The notes: a model not told the origin generated them from the letters alone. A stretch of 64,000 bases of DNA from an uncultured Burkholderiales bacterium (GCA_964523885.1 CAZFYX010000039.1:169427-233426), one strand, 5' to 3'. Shown: positions 27,944-38,214, counted from the stretch's first letter. Numbers and translations: made by a program.

Positions 27944-28470
27944 CTCGCTATCTGCGCATCCCCACGCCGCTCGGTCCGATGCTGCTGGTCTCGGATGGGC
28001 AGGCGCTCACCGGCGCCTACTTCAGCGGCCAGAAGTACGATGCGACGCCGCAGTCCGACTGGATCGAGGACGCCTCGCATCCGGTGCTGGCCGATACCCG
28101 GTGCCAGCTCGGCGAGTACTTCGCCGGCCAGCGCGCCCGGTTCGACCTTCCCCTGCACCCCCGCGGCACGCCGTTCCAGTCGCGTGTGTGGCAGGCGTTG
28201 CTCGCGATCCCCTCCGGCGAGACCCGGACCTATGGCGCCATCGCACGCGCCGCCGGCGAGCCGGCAGCGGTGCGTGCGGCCGGCGCAGCCATCGGCCGCA
28301 ATCCGATCTCGGTGATCGTCCCCTGCCACCGCGTGGTCGGTGCCGACGGCAGCCTCACCGGCTATGCGGGCGGCCTGAACCGCAAGCGCAGGCTGCTGGC
28401 GCTCGAGGCGAGTGTGTCCACGCCGCTGCTGCGCGCGCAGAACGCGGAGCCGGGCGTCCGAGCGGCGTAG
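27940..28470 (+). CDS. ogt: methylated-DNA--protein-cysteine methyltransferase
   Basis: NPISVIVPCHRVVG active site and GTPFQ..VW. Confidence 0.95.
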   Translation: MTRYLRIPTPLGPMLLVSDGQALTGAYFSGQKYDATPQSDWIEDASHPVLADTRCQLGEYFAGQRARFDLPLHPRGTPFQSRVWQALLAIPSGETRTYGAIARAAGEPAAVRAAGAAIGRNPISVIVPCHRVVGADGSLTGYAGGLNRKRRLLALEASVSTPLLRAQNAEPGVRAA

Positions 28471-28493
28471 CCGCCGCCCGGACAGGGTCCGCG

Positions 28494-28510
28494 TGGCCGG
28501 GATCTTGCAT
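28494..28510 (+). promoter_or_regulatory. sigma-54-like promoter
   Basis: TGGCcgggatcTTGCA matches both consensus halves, 38 bp before an ATG with RBS aggag. Confidence 0.65.
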
Positions 28511-28547
28511 GGATCAAGCGCTTGATTTCACAGTGCAGGAGCAACCC

Positions 28548-28781
28548 ATGGAGCCCCAGGAAGACGTAGTCCCGGAAACCAGCAACGGCCTGGCCGGCAC
28601 GCTGAAGTTCATCGGCATCCTCGGGGTGCTGCTGCTCGCCGCGCTCGCCTCCCTGTTCGTGCTCGACGTCCTGCCGCGCGACATGCTGCGCGAGGCGGCC
28701 GTCAAGTCGGTGCTGGTGCTGGGGATCGTCGGCATCGCCAGCGTGGTCATCGGCCTGCTCGCCACCGGCCGGCGTTCCTAG
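28548..28781 (+). CDS. small two-TM membrane protein
   Basis: 77 aa with two hydrophobic helices; has an RBS and an upstream promoter-like motif. Confidence 0.72.
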   Translation: MEPQEDVVPETSNGLAGTLKFIGILGVLLLAALASLFVLDVLPRDMLREAAVKSVLVLGIVGIASVVIGLLATGRRS

Positions 28782-28966
28782 TCCGCTTGCGGGGCCGCGC
28801 GGCGGTCGCCCAGCCGGGCGCAGCGCGGACAATCCGGAAAAGTGGATGACGGCCGCCGGGCCCTGCCGTACACTGCATGACAACGGCAACCTGGGACGGC
28901 CGGTCTGGCGCAGATGCCCGGGGACAAGGCAGCCGTTTCCTGACATCCGACAGCGAGGAGGCGAGC

Positions 28967-29179
28967 ATGGCGCCAGAGGCCCCGGACAATTTCGTCGCCC
29001 TGATCGAAGACGCGGCCGTGCAGATGAAGCGCCACGGCGTGGCTCGCACACCGTCTCCTCCTGGCGACAGCCTTCCGGGCACCGAAGCCGTGCTGCGCGA
29101 ACTGCTCGACGACTCGCACCAGCGGCTGCGGGAGCTTTCCCGTTCGCTGCAGGGGTTGAAGGACTACCTCACGCTCTGA
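28967..29179 (+). CDS. small hypothetical protein (C-terminal coiled-coil-like)
   Basis: RBS gaggagg upstream; 70 aa; no family recognised. Confidence 0.45.
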   Translation: MAPEAPDNFVALIEDAAVQMKRHGVARTPSPPGDSLPGTEAVLRELLDDSHQRLRELSRSLQGLKDYLTL

Positions 29180-29213
29180 GGGGCAGGCACGGCGCCCACC
29201 CTCGCAGGTTTCG

Positions 29214-31121
29214 TCAACTCGCAGCGCCTTGCGCCTGCGGGCGGTTTGCCAGCAGCGTCGCACTCTCGCCCGGGAGCCGCCATCCGTGCTCCGTGCACGG
29301 CTCGATGACGCCGTGCCCGGCATAGTGCGGGTCATCGCTGCACCAGAGCAGCGTCCAGCATCCGCCACCCGGCGGTGCGAGCAGCGGCTCGGCAGGTGGC
29401 ACCAGATCGAGCTCGTCACCGAGGTTCACGATCAGCAGCCGGTCTCCGTGCCGCCGGCTGAACCAGCGCAGCACGAAGGCGCGATCCGAGAGCACGGCCC
29501 CATCCACGCCGCTGCGATCCTGCCGGCTGATCACCGGATCCTCGCGCCGCAGGCGCAGCAGATCGCGATGCAGGTCGTAGACCTCCGCATGCCGGCTGCG
29601 GTAGGTGAAATCCAGCTTGGAGTCGAGAAACGTCTGCTCGGACCCGGGGTCCGGGACGATCGCCTGCGCCTGGGGTGAGGCGTAGGCGGTGAACTGCTGC
29701 AGGAACTCCCGGCGTCCGGCGTGCACCTTCGCGCTGAGCTCCGGATCGTGCTCGGCGAAGAACGTGAACGGCGTGTCGGAGGCGAATTCCTGCCCCATGA
29801 ACAGCAGCGGCGTCTGCGGTGCGAGCAGCATCAGCGCGGTGAGCGCGCGGTTGCGTCCCGGGCTGGTAATGCGGTGCACGCGCTCGCCGTTCAGCGTGTT
29901 CGCGACCTGGTCGTGGTTCTGCGTGAAGGCGACGAAGGCGCATGCCGGCTGGTCAGTCACCAGCGTGCCGCGCGGCTTCTGCTGCCACGGGTAGTACTGG
30001 CCCTGATAAAGGAAGCCGCGCTTGACCATGGACACGAATTCCTGCGCCCGCCCGCGGTAGTCGTGGAAGTAGCCATCGTGCCGGCCGGTGAGTGCCACGC
30101 GCGCGGCATGGTGGAAGTCGTCGTTCCACATCGCGTCCAGGCCAAAGCCGCCGTCCTGCACCTGCGCCACGCAGCGCAGGTCCTGCGGCTCGTTCTCCGC
30201 GGTGAGAAGAATGCCGCGCCCGGGGGCGGCCGCGCGTGCCCGCTGCGAGAGCTCGGAAAGGATGTGTGGCGAGCTTCCGTCGTGAATGCTCTGCGTCGCA
30301 TCCAGGCGCAGTCCATCCAGGTGGAAATCACCGATCCAGTACACCGCGTTGTCGAGGAAGTACTCGCGCACCGGCCCCGCCCGCTCGCCGTCGAAGTTGA
30401 TGGCGTCGCCCCATTCGTTCTCGTAGCGGTCGGTGAAGTAGTCCGGGCTGAAGCACGCGAGGAAGTTGCCATCGGGGCCGAGGTGGTTGTAGACGACATC
30501 GAGAATGACGGCCAGTCCGTGCGCATGTGCGGCATCCACGAAGCGCTTGAACCCGTCGTAGTCGCCATAGCCGTGGAACGGTGCGTACAGGTTGACCCCG
30601 TCGTAACCCCAGTTCCAGCGGCCCGGGAACTCGCATACCGGCATGACCTCGAGCACGGTCACGCCCAGCGCGGCCAGCTCGGAGAGCTCCGCGATGGCCG
30701 CATCGAAGGTGCCGGCCCTGGTGAACGTCCCGATGTGCAGTTCGTAGAGCACCTGTCCCGCCGCTCCCACGCCGTGCCATCCGGCGTCGGTCCAGGCGTG
30801 GGCAGCGGGATCGACGAGCATCGACGGGCCGTTCGGCCCGTCGGGCTGGAAGCGGGAGCAGGGATCGGGATACGGGCCGCGCTCATCGAGACGGAAGCGG
30901 TAGCGGAAGCCCGGCTTGGCTCCGGGCACTGCCGCGCGGAAGAATCCGTCGCCTTCCGATTCCATCGCCAGTTCGGACGGAGACGGCTCGTCCGGAACCA
31001 GGAAGGCCTCCTGCGCGCTCGGCGCCCAGATCCGGAACGTCGCGCCGGCCGGGGTGAGCCGAGGCCCCGTCGAGCGGGTGGAGCGCGCTTGGGCAGTGGA
31101 GGCTGCAGGGACGTGGATCAT
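29214..31121 (-). CDS. treZ: malto-oligosyltrehalose trehalohydrolase (GH13_10); start uncertain
   Basis: YELHIGTFT, RWNWGYDGV, LDVVYNHLGPDG, GLRLDAT, WNDDFHH and QNHDQVAN. Confidence 0.92.
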   Translation of the reverse strand: MIHVPAASTAQARSTRSTGPRLTPAGATFRIWAPSAQEAFLVPDEPSPSELAMESEGDGFFRAAVPGAKPGFRYRFRLDERGPYPDPCSRFQPDGPNGPSMLVDPAAHAWTDAGWHGVGAAGQVLYELHIGTFTRAGTFDAAIAELSELAALGVTVLEVMPVCEFPGRWNWGYDGVNLYAPFHGYGDYDGFKRFVDAAHAHGLAVILDVVYNHLGPDGNFLACFSPDYFTDRYENEWGDAINFDGERAGPVREYFLDNAVYWIGDFHLDGLRLDATQSIHDGSSPHILSELSQRARAAAPGRGILLTAENEPQDLRCVAQVQDGGFGLDAMWNDDFHHAARVALTGRHDGYFHDYRGRAQEFVSMVKRGFLYQGQYYPWQQKPRGTLVTDQPACAFVAFTQNHDQVANTLNGERVHRITSPGRNRALTALMLLAPQTPLLFMGQEFASDTPFTFFAEHDPELSAKVHAGRREFLQQFTAYASPQAQAIVPDPGSEQTFLDSKLDFTYRSRHAEVYDLHRDLLRLRREDPVISRQDRSGVDGAVLSDRAFVLRWFSRRHGDRLLIVNLGDELDLVPPAEPLLAPPGGGCWTLLWCSDDPHYAGHGVIEPCTEHGWRLPGESATLLANRPQAQGAAS

Positions 31122-31222
31122 GCCGGGACCCGCCGCAACGAGGACAGCGGGACCCGGAGCAACCGCAGTGCCGATCCGGGATGGTCGGAGAACGCGCGCG
31201 TGAGTTGCGGATTCGCGGCCCT

Positions 31223-32719
31223 TCAGGGCCGCCACTCGCGCGTGCCGTCCACGCGCCCCTGCTCGTCGATCGATTCGAGCTTGACCTGGAAGCCCCACAG
31301 CCTCCCCAGGTGGCGCAGGACCTCGTCGGCCTCGCGCTCGTGCAGCGGCCGGCCGCGGTAGATGGGGCTGCGCAGCACCAGGGAGCGGTCGCTGTCGCGG
31401 TTATAGCGTGCGACCTGGATCTCCGGCAGGCGGTTCTCGCGCCGGTACTGCTCGGCCAGCATGCGTCGGACGCGCCGGTAGCCGTGGTCGTCGTGGATGC
31501 TGTCCACCGCGAGCTCCGACTCGCCCTCGTGGTCTGCCACCACGAACAGGCGCAGCTCGCGGATGAGCTTGGGCGAGAGGTACTGGTTGATGAACGACTC
31601 GTCCTTGAAGTTGCGCATGGCGAAGTCGAGCTGCTTCTGCCAGTCCGTGCCGGCGAGATCGGGGAACCACTGGCGGTCCTCGGCGGTGGGCTTCTCGCAC
31701 ATGCGGCGAATGTCGCTCATCATCGCGAAGCCCAGGGCGTAGGGATTGATGCCGTGGTAGCCCTGCTGGTCGAAGCCGCGCTGCGTGACCACGTTGGTGT
31801 GGTGGTGCAGGAACTCGAACATGAACGCGTCGTCGATCAGCCGCTTGTCGTACATCCGGTTGACCAGGGTGTAGTGCCAGAAGGTGGCCCACCCCTCGTT
31901 CATGACCTTGGTGTGGATCTGCGGATAGAAGTACTGCGACAGCTTGCGCACGATGCGCACCAGCTCGCGCTGCCAGGGCGCCAGCCGCGGCGAATGCTTC
32001 TCGACGAAGTAGAGGATGTTCTCCTCGGGCTCCACCGGGAACCCTCCGCTCCCCGCCTCGGCCTCCTGCACCTCCTTCTGCGGCACCGTGGTGTGCCAAA
32101 GGTCGTCGAAGAGCTTGCGCTCGTACTCCGCTCGCTCGCGGTGCCGGGCGTCGCGCTCCCGCGCGGACATCGGCTGCGGGCGGCGATAGCGGTCCACCCC
32201 GTAGTCCATCAACGCATGGCAGGAGTCGAGGATCTCCTCGACCTCGGCCATGCCGTAGCGCTCCTCGCACTGCATCACGTACTTGCGCGAGAACACCAGG
32301 TAGTCGAGGATCGCGTCGGCCTGGGTGAACTGCCGGAACAGGTAGTTGCCCTTGAAGAACGAGTTGTGGCCATAGCAGGCGTGGGCGATCACCAGCGCCT
32401 GCATCACCATCGTGTTCTCCTCCATCAGGTAGGAGATGCACGGGTTCGAGTTGATCACGATCTCGTAGGCCAGGCCCTGGTAGCCCTTGCGGTAGGCCTG
32501 CTCGTTGCGAATGAAGGACTTGCCGTACGACCAGTGCGGATAGCCGATCGGCAGGCCACTGGAGGCGTAGGCGTCGAGCATCTGCTCGGAGCTGATGACC
32601 TCGATCTGGTTGGGGTAGGTGTCCAGATTGAAGTCGGCCGCGGTCTCCGCGATCGCCGCCTGGTAGCGCTCGATCAGTTCGAACTCCCATTCCGGGCCGT
32701 GCGGCAGCGGCGCGTTCAC
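31223..32719 (-). CDS. ycgB: SpoVR family protein
   Basis: YPHWSYGK, YEIVINSNPC, HACYGHNSFFKGN and TKVMNEGWATFWH. Confidence 0.95.
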   Translation of the reverse strand: MNAPLPHGPEWEFELIERYQAAIAETAADFNLDTYPNQIEVISSEQMLDAYASSGLPIGYPHWSYGKSFIRNEQAYRKGYQGLAYEIVINSNPCISYLMEENTMVMQALVIAHACYGHNSFFKGNYLFRQFTQADAILDYLVFSRKYVMQCEERYGMAEVEEILDSCHALMDYGVDRYRRPQPMSARERDARHRERAEYERKLFDDLWHTTVPQKEVQEAEAGSGGFPVEPEENILYFVEKHSPRLAPWQRELVRIVRKLSQYFYPQIHTKVMNEGWATFWHYTLVNRMYDKRLIDDAFMFEFLHHHTNVVTQRGFDQQGYHGINPYALGFAMMSDIRRMCEKPTAEDRQWFPDLAGTDWQKQLDFAMRNFKDESFINQYLSPKLIRELRLFVVADHEGESELAVDSIHDDHGYRRVRRMLAEQYRRENRLPEIQVARYNRDSDRSLVLRSPIYRGRPLHEREADEVLRHLGRLWGFQVKLESIDEQGRVDGTREWRP

Positions 32720-33984
32720 GCGGTTTCCTTGCTGAAGAGGTCGCGGAACACCGGGTAGATGTCCTGCGGCCGGTTCACGCGCTTCATCGCGAAGTTGTCC
32801 TCCTCGCCCTCGAGCTCCTCGTACTCGGCCCACAGCGGGCTCTTGCGCGAGTACTCCTCCTCGGGCGTCTCGATGTAGGCGAAGTAGCGGGTGATCGGCA
32901 GCAGTTCCTCGCGCAGGAAGCGGGCACTCTTGCCCGCATCGGCGCCAAAGGCGTCGCCATCGGAGGCCTGCGCGGCGTAGATGTTCCAGTCTGCCGTCGG
33001 GTAGCGCGCAGCGGCCACGGTCTTCATCAGTTCCAGCGCCGAGAGCACCACCGTCCCGCCGCTGCGCTGGTCGTAGAAGAAGGTGTCCTCGTCGACCTCC
33101 TCGGCCTCGTCGGTGTGGCGGATGAACACCAGCTCGACCCGTTCGTACTTGCGCGTGAGGAACAGGTAGAGCAGCGTGAAGAAGCGCTTCGCGAGGTCCT
33201 TCTTGCGCTCGTCCATGGAGGCCGAGACGTCCATCAGGCAGAACATCACCGCCTGCGCCGTTGGCGCGGGCTGCACCACGCGATGGCGGTAGCGCAGGTC
33301 GACGTCGTCGAGGAACGGCAGGCGCCGCTTGCGCGCCTCGACGTCGACGATCTTCGCTTCGATTTCCGCGATCCGCGCCGCAGGGGCACCGTCACGCAGG
33401 GCGACCGCGAGCAGCGCCTTCAGTTCCTCGAGCTCGTCCCGCAGCGGCCCGCCGAGGGCAATCCGGCGCGCGAGCGCGGTCTTCATGGTCCGCGGCACGC
33501 TCAGGTTGCTCGGCGTGCCGTCCTTGACGTAGCCGGCGCGCACCAGCTTCTTGTGCTGCGCCTCGGCCAGCGTCGTGCGCATCAGGTTGGGCAGCTCGAG
33601 GTCCTCGAAGAAGATGTTCAGGAACTCGTCGCGCGAAAGCGTGAACACGAAGTCGTCGGTGGACTCGCCCGTACCCGGGTCGCGCCCGCCGCCGCCACCG
33701 GCGCCGCCATTGGGCCGCGGGATGCGGTCCCCGCGCACGAACTCCTTGTTGCCCGGGTGCACGCTCTCCCAGTCGCCGCCCTGCCCATAGCTGAAGCCGG
33801 GCTCGGAGATGTCCTTGGCCGGAACCTTGACCTCGCCGCCCTGGATCATGTCCTTGATCGAGCGGTCGGCGACCATGCCCTTGACCGCACGGCGCACGTG
33901 GTCCTTGTAGCGGCGGATGAACCGCTCGCGGTTGACGGCGCTCTTGTTGCGGCCGTTCAGGCGGCGATCGATGAGGTGCATCAT
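32716..33984 (-). CDS. yeaH: YeaH/YhbH family (UPF0229) protein
   Basis: IDRRLNGRNKS.VNRERF, FCLMDVSASM and SGGTVVLSAL. Confidence 0.95.
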   Translation of the reverse strand: MMHLIDRRLNGRNKSAVNRERFIRRYKDHVRRAVKGMVADRSIKDMIQGGEVKVPAKDISEPGFSYGQGGDWESVHPGNKEFVRGDRIPRPNGGAGGGGGRDPGTGESTDDFVFTLSRDEFLNIFFEDLELPNLMRTTLAEAQHKKLVRAGYVKDGTPSNLSVPRTMKTALARRIALGGPLRDELEELKALLAVALRDGAPAARIAEIEAKIVDVEARKRRLPFLDDVDLRYRHRVVQPAPTAQAVMFCLMDVSASMDERKKDLAKRFFTLLYLFLTRKYERVELVFIRHTDEAEEVDEDTFFYDQRSGGTVVLSALELMKTVAAARYPTADWNIYAAQASDGDAFGADAGKSARFLREELLPITRYFAYIETPEEEYSRKSPLWAEYEELEGEEDNFAMKRVNRPQDIYPVFRDLFSKETA

Positions 33985-34125
33985 GATTCAGGCGCCAGGT
34001 GCCAGACGCCGGCACGCAGCGAGGTGCGATGAAAAAACGGAGGAAAAGCGGACGACAGCAGGAGGGAACGGCAGGCACGGCGGCGGACGGGGCGAAGGGG
34101 GGGCGTGCCTCCCTCGCCGGTAAAA

Positions 34126-34188
34126 CCCTCTCCCGCCGGGAGAGGGCGATCGGGCTCTGCTTCCCTCCCCCGCTTGCGGGAGAGGCTG
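34126..34188. repeat. family A palindromes between yeaG and yeaH
   Basis: ccctctcccgccgggagaggg and ccctcccccgcttgcgggagagg. Confidence 0.72.
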
Positions 34189-34313
34189 ACCTGCACTGCC
34201 AGCCGGTTGCCGTTCACCTTCGCGCCCATCTCTGCATTGCCCCTCACGCTATACCTGCCGGCGGCGCCTGTCACGCCCTTCCCGGCGGCTGTTGCGCGCA
34301 CGCCATCGCGCGC

Positions 34314-36239
34314 TCAAGAGGACTTCTGCACCCGCAGGTACCACTCCGACAGCAGGCGCACCTGCTTCTCCGTGTAGCCCTTCGCCACCATGCGGTCGAC
34401 GAAGCTCTGGTGCTTCTTCTGGTCCTCGGCCGAGGCCTTGGCGTTGAACGAGATCACCGGCAGCAGGTCCTCGGTGCTGGAGAACATCTTCTTCTCGATC
34501 ACCTCGCGCAGCTTCTCGTAGCTGTTCCACGCCGGGTTCTTGCCAGCATTGTTGGCGCGCGCCCGCAGCACGAAGTTCACCACCTCGTTGCGGAAGTCCT
34601 TCGGATTGGCGATTCCGGCCGCCTTCTCGATCTTCTCCAGCTCGGCGTTGAGCGCCGCCCGATCGAAGATCTCGCCGGTATCCGGATCGCGGTACTCCTC
34701 GTCCTGCAGCCAGCAATCGGCGTAGGTGACGTAGCGGTCGAAGATGTTCTGGCCGTACTCGGAGTAGGACTCCAGGTAGGCGGTCTGGATCTCCTTGCCG
34801 ATGAACTCGGCGTAGCGCGGCGAGAGCCAGCCCTTGATGAACTCGAGGTACTTGCGCTTCTGCTCGTCGGGGAAGTCCTCGCGGGCGATGCGCTGCTCCA
34901 GCACGTACATCAGGTGCACCGGGTTGGCCGCGACCTCGGTCTGGTCGTAGTTGAAGACCGCGGAGAGGACCTTGAACGCGAAGCGGGTGGAGATGCCGTT
35001 CATCCCCTCGTCCGCCCCGGCGTAGTCGCGGTACTCCTGGTACGACTTGGCCTTGGGATCGGTGTCCTTCAGGCTCTCGCCGTCGTACACCCGCATCTTG
35101 GAGTAGATGCTGGAGTTCTCCGGCTCCTTCATGCGCGAGAGCACGGAGAACTGCGCCATCATGGCCAGCGTGCCAGGTGCGCACGGCGCGGCCGAAAGCG
35201 CGCTGTGGCGCAGCAGCTTCTCGTAGATCTTGACCTCTTCCGACACCTGCAGGCAGTACGGCACCTTGACGATGTAGATGCGGTCGAGGAAGGCCTCGTT
35301 GGTGCGGTTGTTGCGGAAGCTCTGCCACTCCGATTCGTTGGAGTGGGCCAGGATGATGCCGTTGAACGGGATCGCCGAGAACCCTTCGGTGCCCTTGAAG
35401 TTGCCTTCCTGGGTGGCGGTCAGGAGCGGGTGCAGCATCTTGATCGGCGCCTTGAACATCTCGACGAATTCGAGCAGGCCCTGGTTGGCGAGGCACAGCC
35501 CGCCCGAATAGCTGTAGGCGTCCGGGTCGTCCTGCGAATAGCGGTCGAGCTTGCGGATGTCCACCTTGCCGACCAGGGTGGAGATGTCCTGGTTGTTCTC
35601 GTCACCCGGCTCGGTCTTCGCGATCGCCACCTGCTTGAGCACGGAGGGCTGGATGCGCACGACGCGGAACTGCGAGATGTCGCCGCCGAACTCCTTCAGG
35701 CGCTTGATCGCCCATGGGGACATGATGCCCGTGAGATAGCGGCGCGGGATCCGGTATTCGCTCTCCAGCACGTCGCCGTACTGGTCGGGCGCGAACAGTC
35801 CCAGCGGGGACTCGTTCACCGGGGAACCCTTGAGCGCGTATACGGGCTGGTGCTCCATGAGCTGCTTCAGACGCTCGGCGATCGAGGACTTGCCCCCGCC
35901 CACCGGACCGAGGAGATAGAGGATCTGCTTGCGCTCCTCCAGGCCCTGTGCGGCATGCCTGAAGAAGGCGACGATCTGCGCGATCGCGTCCTCCATGCCG
36001 TAGAACTCGGCGAAGGCGGGATAGCGCTTGATGATGCGGTTGGCGAAGATGCGGGACAGGCGCGGGTCGTGGCGGGTGTCCACGAGCTCGGGCTCGCCGA
36101 TGGCGGCCAGCATGCGCTCGGCGGCCGTGGCGTATGCCTGGGGATCCTTGCGGCACAGTTCGAGGTACTCTTCCAGGGACATCTCCTCGTCCTGCGTGGA
36201 CGAGTACCTGGCCTTGTAGCCCTCGATGATCGTTGTCAT
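34314..36239 (-). CDS. yeaG: PrkA family serine protein kinase / AAA+ ATPase
   Basis: LLGPVGGGKSS, TEPGDENNQDISTLVGK and EFVEMFKAPIK. Confidence 0.96.
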   Translation of the reverse strand: MTTIIEGYKARYSSTQDEEMSLEEYLELCRKDPQAYATAAERMLAAIGEPELVDTRHDPRLSRIFANRIIKRYPAFAEFYGMEDAIAQIVAFFRHAAQGLEERKQILYLLGPVGGGKSSIAERLKQLMEHQPVYALKGSPVNESPLGLFAPDQYGDVLESEYRIPRRYLTGIMSPWAIKRLKEFGGDISQFRVVRIQPSVLKQVAIAKTEPGDENNQDISTLVGKVDIRKLDRYSQDDPDAYSYSGGLCLANQGLLEFVEMFKAPIKMLHPLLTATQEGNFKGTEGFSAIPFNGIILAHSNESEWQSFRNNRTNEAFLDRIYIVKVPYCLQVSEEVKIYEKLLRHSALSAAPCAPGTLAMMAQFSVLSRMKEPENSSIYSKMRVYDGESLKDTDPKAKSYQEYRDYAGADEGMNGISTRFAFKVLSAVFNYDQTEVAANPVHLMYVLEQRIAREDFPDEQKRKYLEFIKGWLSPRYAEFIGKEIQTAYLESYSEYGQNIFDRYVTYADCWLQDEEYRDPDTGEIFDRAALNAELEKIEKAAGIANPKDFRNEVVNFVLRARANNAGKNPAWNSYEKLREVIEKKMFSSTEDLLPVISFNAKASAEDQKKHQSFVDRMVAKGYTEKQVRLLSEWYLRVQKSS

Positions 36240-36343
36240 GCGTTGTCTCCTTGGTTCAACTCAGTTCATCGCCCGACCCTTGGTTCTTGTTGTTGTTGGA
36301 TAAACGCCAGTCACGTTCGCTCGTTCGGTTTCGCCCTGTGCGG

Positions 36344-36360
36344 AGCATGCGGCGTGCCGT
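36344..36360 (-). promoter_or_regulatory. sigma-54-like promoter for yeaG
   Basis: Minus strand reads acGGCACGccgcatGCt (GG-N10-GC). A second candidate, ttGGCAAGgaagctGCtt, is at 36593-36610. Confidence 0.55.
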
Positions 36361-36913
36361 AAGCCCCGAGCCTTGAGACAGCGATGCGGTGCATCGGTTG
36401 CATCGAAACGCAGCGGCACTGGCAAGCACTCGCGCGGCCCCTCTGCCAACGATCCGCGCATCGCACCTGCCTGCGCCAACAACGCACCGCGAAGATTTCG
36501 GTTCACCAGCCCGCGCGCGCAGCGCTCGACGCGCTTCGCGATTGTCATGCAGGCCGGCAATCGTTGCCGCGATGTCTGTCCCAGAATTGTTTAAGCAGCT
36601 TCCTTGCCAATGCGCGCGCGCAGACACGATGTGCAGGGAAACTGACCGGCCTCGCGAGGCGCGCTCGCCCCCGCGCTTCCCGCTGCGCATCCCCGGGCGC
36701 TCGCGACGCGCCCGAGCGCAGCCCCGTTCCGCGCACGGAGCGGCCCGGTTCATCAAGGATGCTGAAGTCCTTGTCGCGCGGCGAAAGGGCGATGCGCGCG
36801 CAGCGCGCTCCGCAGCGGTGCATGCTCCAGGCAGTGCAGGCGCCGTGGGTTCAAGTCCACGCAGCGGCGTGCCGATAACCCATGGATCCGGACCCATGGA
36901 AGGACCAGCGATC

Positions 36914-38008
36914 ATGTCCACGCGCATCCTCTTCGCCACCACCTTGCTGCTCGCCGCCCCGGCTCTCCACGCCTACCAGATCGTGGAAGGGCGCTACCGT
37001 GTGGAGACCTCACCCGGCGTGTACGAAGACCAGCTCGTGGTGCGCTGCGACGACGGCCGCACCCTGAAGGTCGCCTGGGAGACCCGTCTCGCGGAAGCCT
37101 GCGGCGAGGGTCTCATGGGCGAGCGCCTGGGCAAGACCGCCAGGCCCGCTCCGGCCTCTGCGGCCGAGGTGGTCGAGTCCGCGCCGGCAGCCGAGGCGGC
37201 CGCGGCGCCTGCTGGCGGCGCACCCGCGGCCGCGGCGGTCCCCACCGGCCCGTTGTTCGACGAAGCATCCCAGCGAGAAGCGATGCTCGCGCAGCTGCGC
37301 GCCCAGTTCGGCAACGTGCCCGAGCGCTATATCGAGTTCAAGCCCGGCGCGGACGGCCTGTCCATGCGCCTGCTCCCGCCGCTCAACGAGATCGTGCGCA
37401 AGTACGAGGCGTGCCGCCGCGCCCGTGAACCGGGTGCCCAATGCGCGGCCGTGCGCGACCAGGCGGTCGCCAAGCTGAACGATGCACCGGCCGCGGCAAC
37501 CGCTGCGCCAGCACACGCCGCCAAGCCGGCCAAGGCCGCGGCGGCCCCCAAGGCACCGGCAAAGCCCGAGGCTGCACCGGTCAAGGCCGATGCCCCGGCT
37601 GCGAAACCCGAGGCGGCGACGGCGCAGCCGGACGCCGCTGCGCCGGCCGAGCCCCAGCCGGCCGCCGCGCAGGCGCCGGCGGCCGAAGCGAGCACAGCAG
37701 TGGAGGGCAACCAGCCGCACCTGGTGGCCGAACCGCAGGCGGCAGCAGCCGCGAGGCCGCTGCCCGAGGCGGCGCCGCGCCCCGCCCCGGCGGCAGCCCA
37801 GGCACCGCTGGATCGCCCGGCCAGGGAGCAGAAGATCGCCGAGGAGCACGCGGTATGCATGCGCCTGAAGCCGAAGTTCGAGTGTGAGCAGGCGCGCGCC
37901 CGCGCGCTGGGCGCGCTCGACCGTCCCGCCAAGGCCGCCAAGCCGAGCAAGCCCGCCAGGGAAGCCAAGGCCGGCGCCGCCAGCCAGGTCGCAGCCGCGG
38001 GGCAGTAA
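36914..38008 (+). CDS. secreted Ala/Pro-rich hypothetical protein
   Basis: Signal peptide ending PALHA; low-complexity linkers separate Cys-paired modules. Confidence 0.75.
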   Translation: MSTRILFATTLLLAAPALHAYQIVEGRYRVETSPGVYEDQLVVRCDDGRTLKVAWETRLAEACGEGLMGERLGKTARPAPASAAEVVESAPAAEAAAAPAGGAPAAAAVPTGPLFDEASQREAMLAQLRAQFGNVPERYIEFKPGADGLSMRLLPPLNEIVRKYEACRRAREPGAQCAAVRDQAVAKLNDAPAAATAAPAHAAKPAKAAAAPKAPAKPEAAPVKADAPAAKPEAATAQPDAAAPAEPQPAAAQAPAAEASTAVEGNQPHLVAEPQAAAAARPLPEAAPRPAPAAAQAPLDRPAREQKIAEEHAVCMRLKPKFECEQARARALGALDRPAKAAKPSKPAREAKAGAASQVAAAGQ

Positions 38009-38214
38009 CCGCCCGCGGTCACTCGTGCGGCACGACTGCGCGGCGGTCGTGACCGGTCGCACCGCACGAGCTTCGCGCGGTCGTCACCCCAGCCGCTCGC
38101 TGGCGCCCGCGTAAAGCCGGGCGACAGCGCTCCCGTGCTCGCAAATGTCAAAGGACGACGCGTTGCGTCAGCGCGTTGGCAGCCGCGCCGCGGTTCCCCG
38201 ATAATCGCGCACGC

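Noticed and set aside
36256-36942. 228-aa minus-strand ORF between yeaG and the secreted protein
   Set aside because: No RBS or motifs, shadow-like composition, and it overlaps the promoter region and the next gene's start.
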